Shown in pieces: positions 54,203 through 54,233 of a DNA stretch of 54,233 bases. Source of the DNA: an uncultured bacterium. GTDB lineage: Bacteria > Zixibacteria > MSB-5A5 > UBA10806. Location: NCBI GenBank assembly GCA_965602185.1, contig CBFCYP010000002.1, positions 1 to 54,233 of the forward strand, read 5' to 3'. Numbering within the stretch: position 1 is the first letter of the stretch; the number at the start of each line of letters is the position of its first letter. A program made the position numbers and the translations under genes. The notes beneath the pieces are model-generated. The model was not told where the DNA came from and did no database searches. It was given only the letters and a program-made list of their open reading frames with translations.

Positions 54203-54233
54203 GCCTCGACTGGAAAGCCGAGGCTATTATTTT
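54203..54233 (+). terminator. Candidate intrinsic terminator after tRNA-Leu
   Basis: GCCTCG-actggaaagc-CGAGGC hairpin followed by TATTATTTT at the window edge. Confidence 0.5.

Noticed and set aside
1-54233. CRISPR arrays, transposases, integrases, prophage genes, toxin-antitoxin pairs and known defence-system genes
   Set aside because: I saw no regularly spaced direct repeats. None of the ORF translations resemble transposase, integrase, Cas, restriction or abortive-infection families. The window is dominated by housekeeping operons, and the only repeated DNA found is the 49-bp REP-like pair.

Overview
This 54.2-kb window is a core chromosomal segment of a Gram-negative bacterium, and about 50 of its 52 genes lie on the + strand. 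Two T9SS-type C-terminal sorting domains and a DUF3078 outer-membrane protein point to the FCB superphylum or an allied candidate phylum. The classical TTGACA/TATAAT promoters and strong AAGGAGG Shine-Dalgarno sites argue against Bacteroidota proper. Gene order is as follows. (1) The tatC 3' end, then an envelope operon of an Omp85 barrel fused to HExxH and TolB-like domains, a BamB-like lipoprotein and a HEAT-repeat protein. (2) hsp20, dnaK, an FmdB-like zinc ribbon, dnaJ and a clpB deletion relic. (3) A TPR lipoprotein, dtd, maf, rodZ, a hypothetical, smc, ftsY and yjbQ. (4) A DUF3078 OMP flanked by a 49-bp REP-like direct repeat. (5) The only minus-strand block: an LVIVD-repeat T9SS cargo protein and an S8 peptidase T9SS cargo protein, with lower GC. 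(6) An FMN riboswitch followed by ribD-ribE-ribBA-ribH-nusB. (7) A glycosylation cluster of a DUF2723 GT-C-like protein with TPR, GT4, UPF0104, GT2, GT2 and a WecA/MraY-family enzyme. (8) accA, a Trm112-like gene, a PtsN-like EIIA, mreC, mreD, mrdA, rodA, lgt, comF, archease and rtcB. (9) pfkA, gap, a lipoprotein with seven FN3-like repeats, pgk, tpiA, secG and tRNA-Leu(GAG). I found no CRISPR array, transposase, integrase, prophage or recognisable defence system. Most of the window is ordinary housekeeping sequence. The items most worth a second look are the Omp85/HExxH/TolB fusion operon, the clpB relic, the REP-like repeat pair with the adjacent inverted low-GC T9SS-cargo block, the DUF2723-centred glycosylation cluster with its T-depleted 5' extension, a probable CTG start for rodZ, and the large FN3 lipoprotein inside the gap-pgk-tpiA operon. 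All family calls rest on motif recognition by eye; no searches were run.
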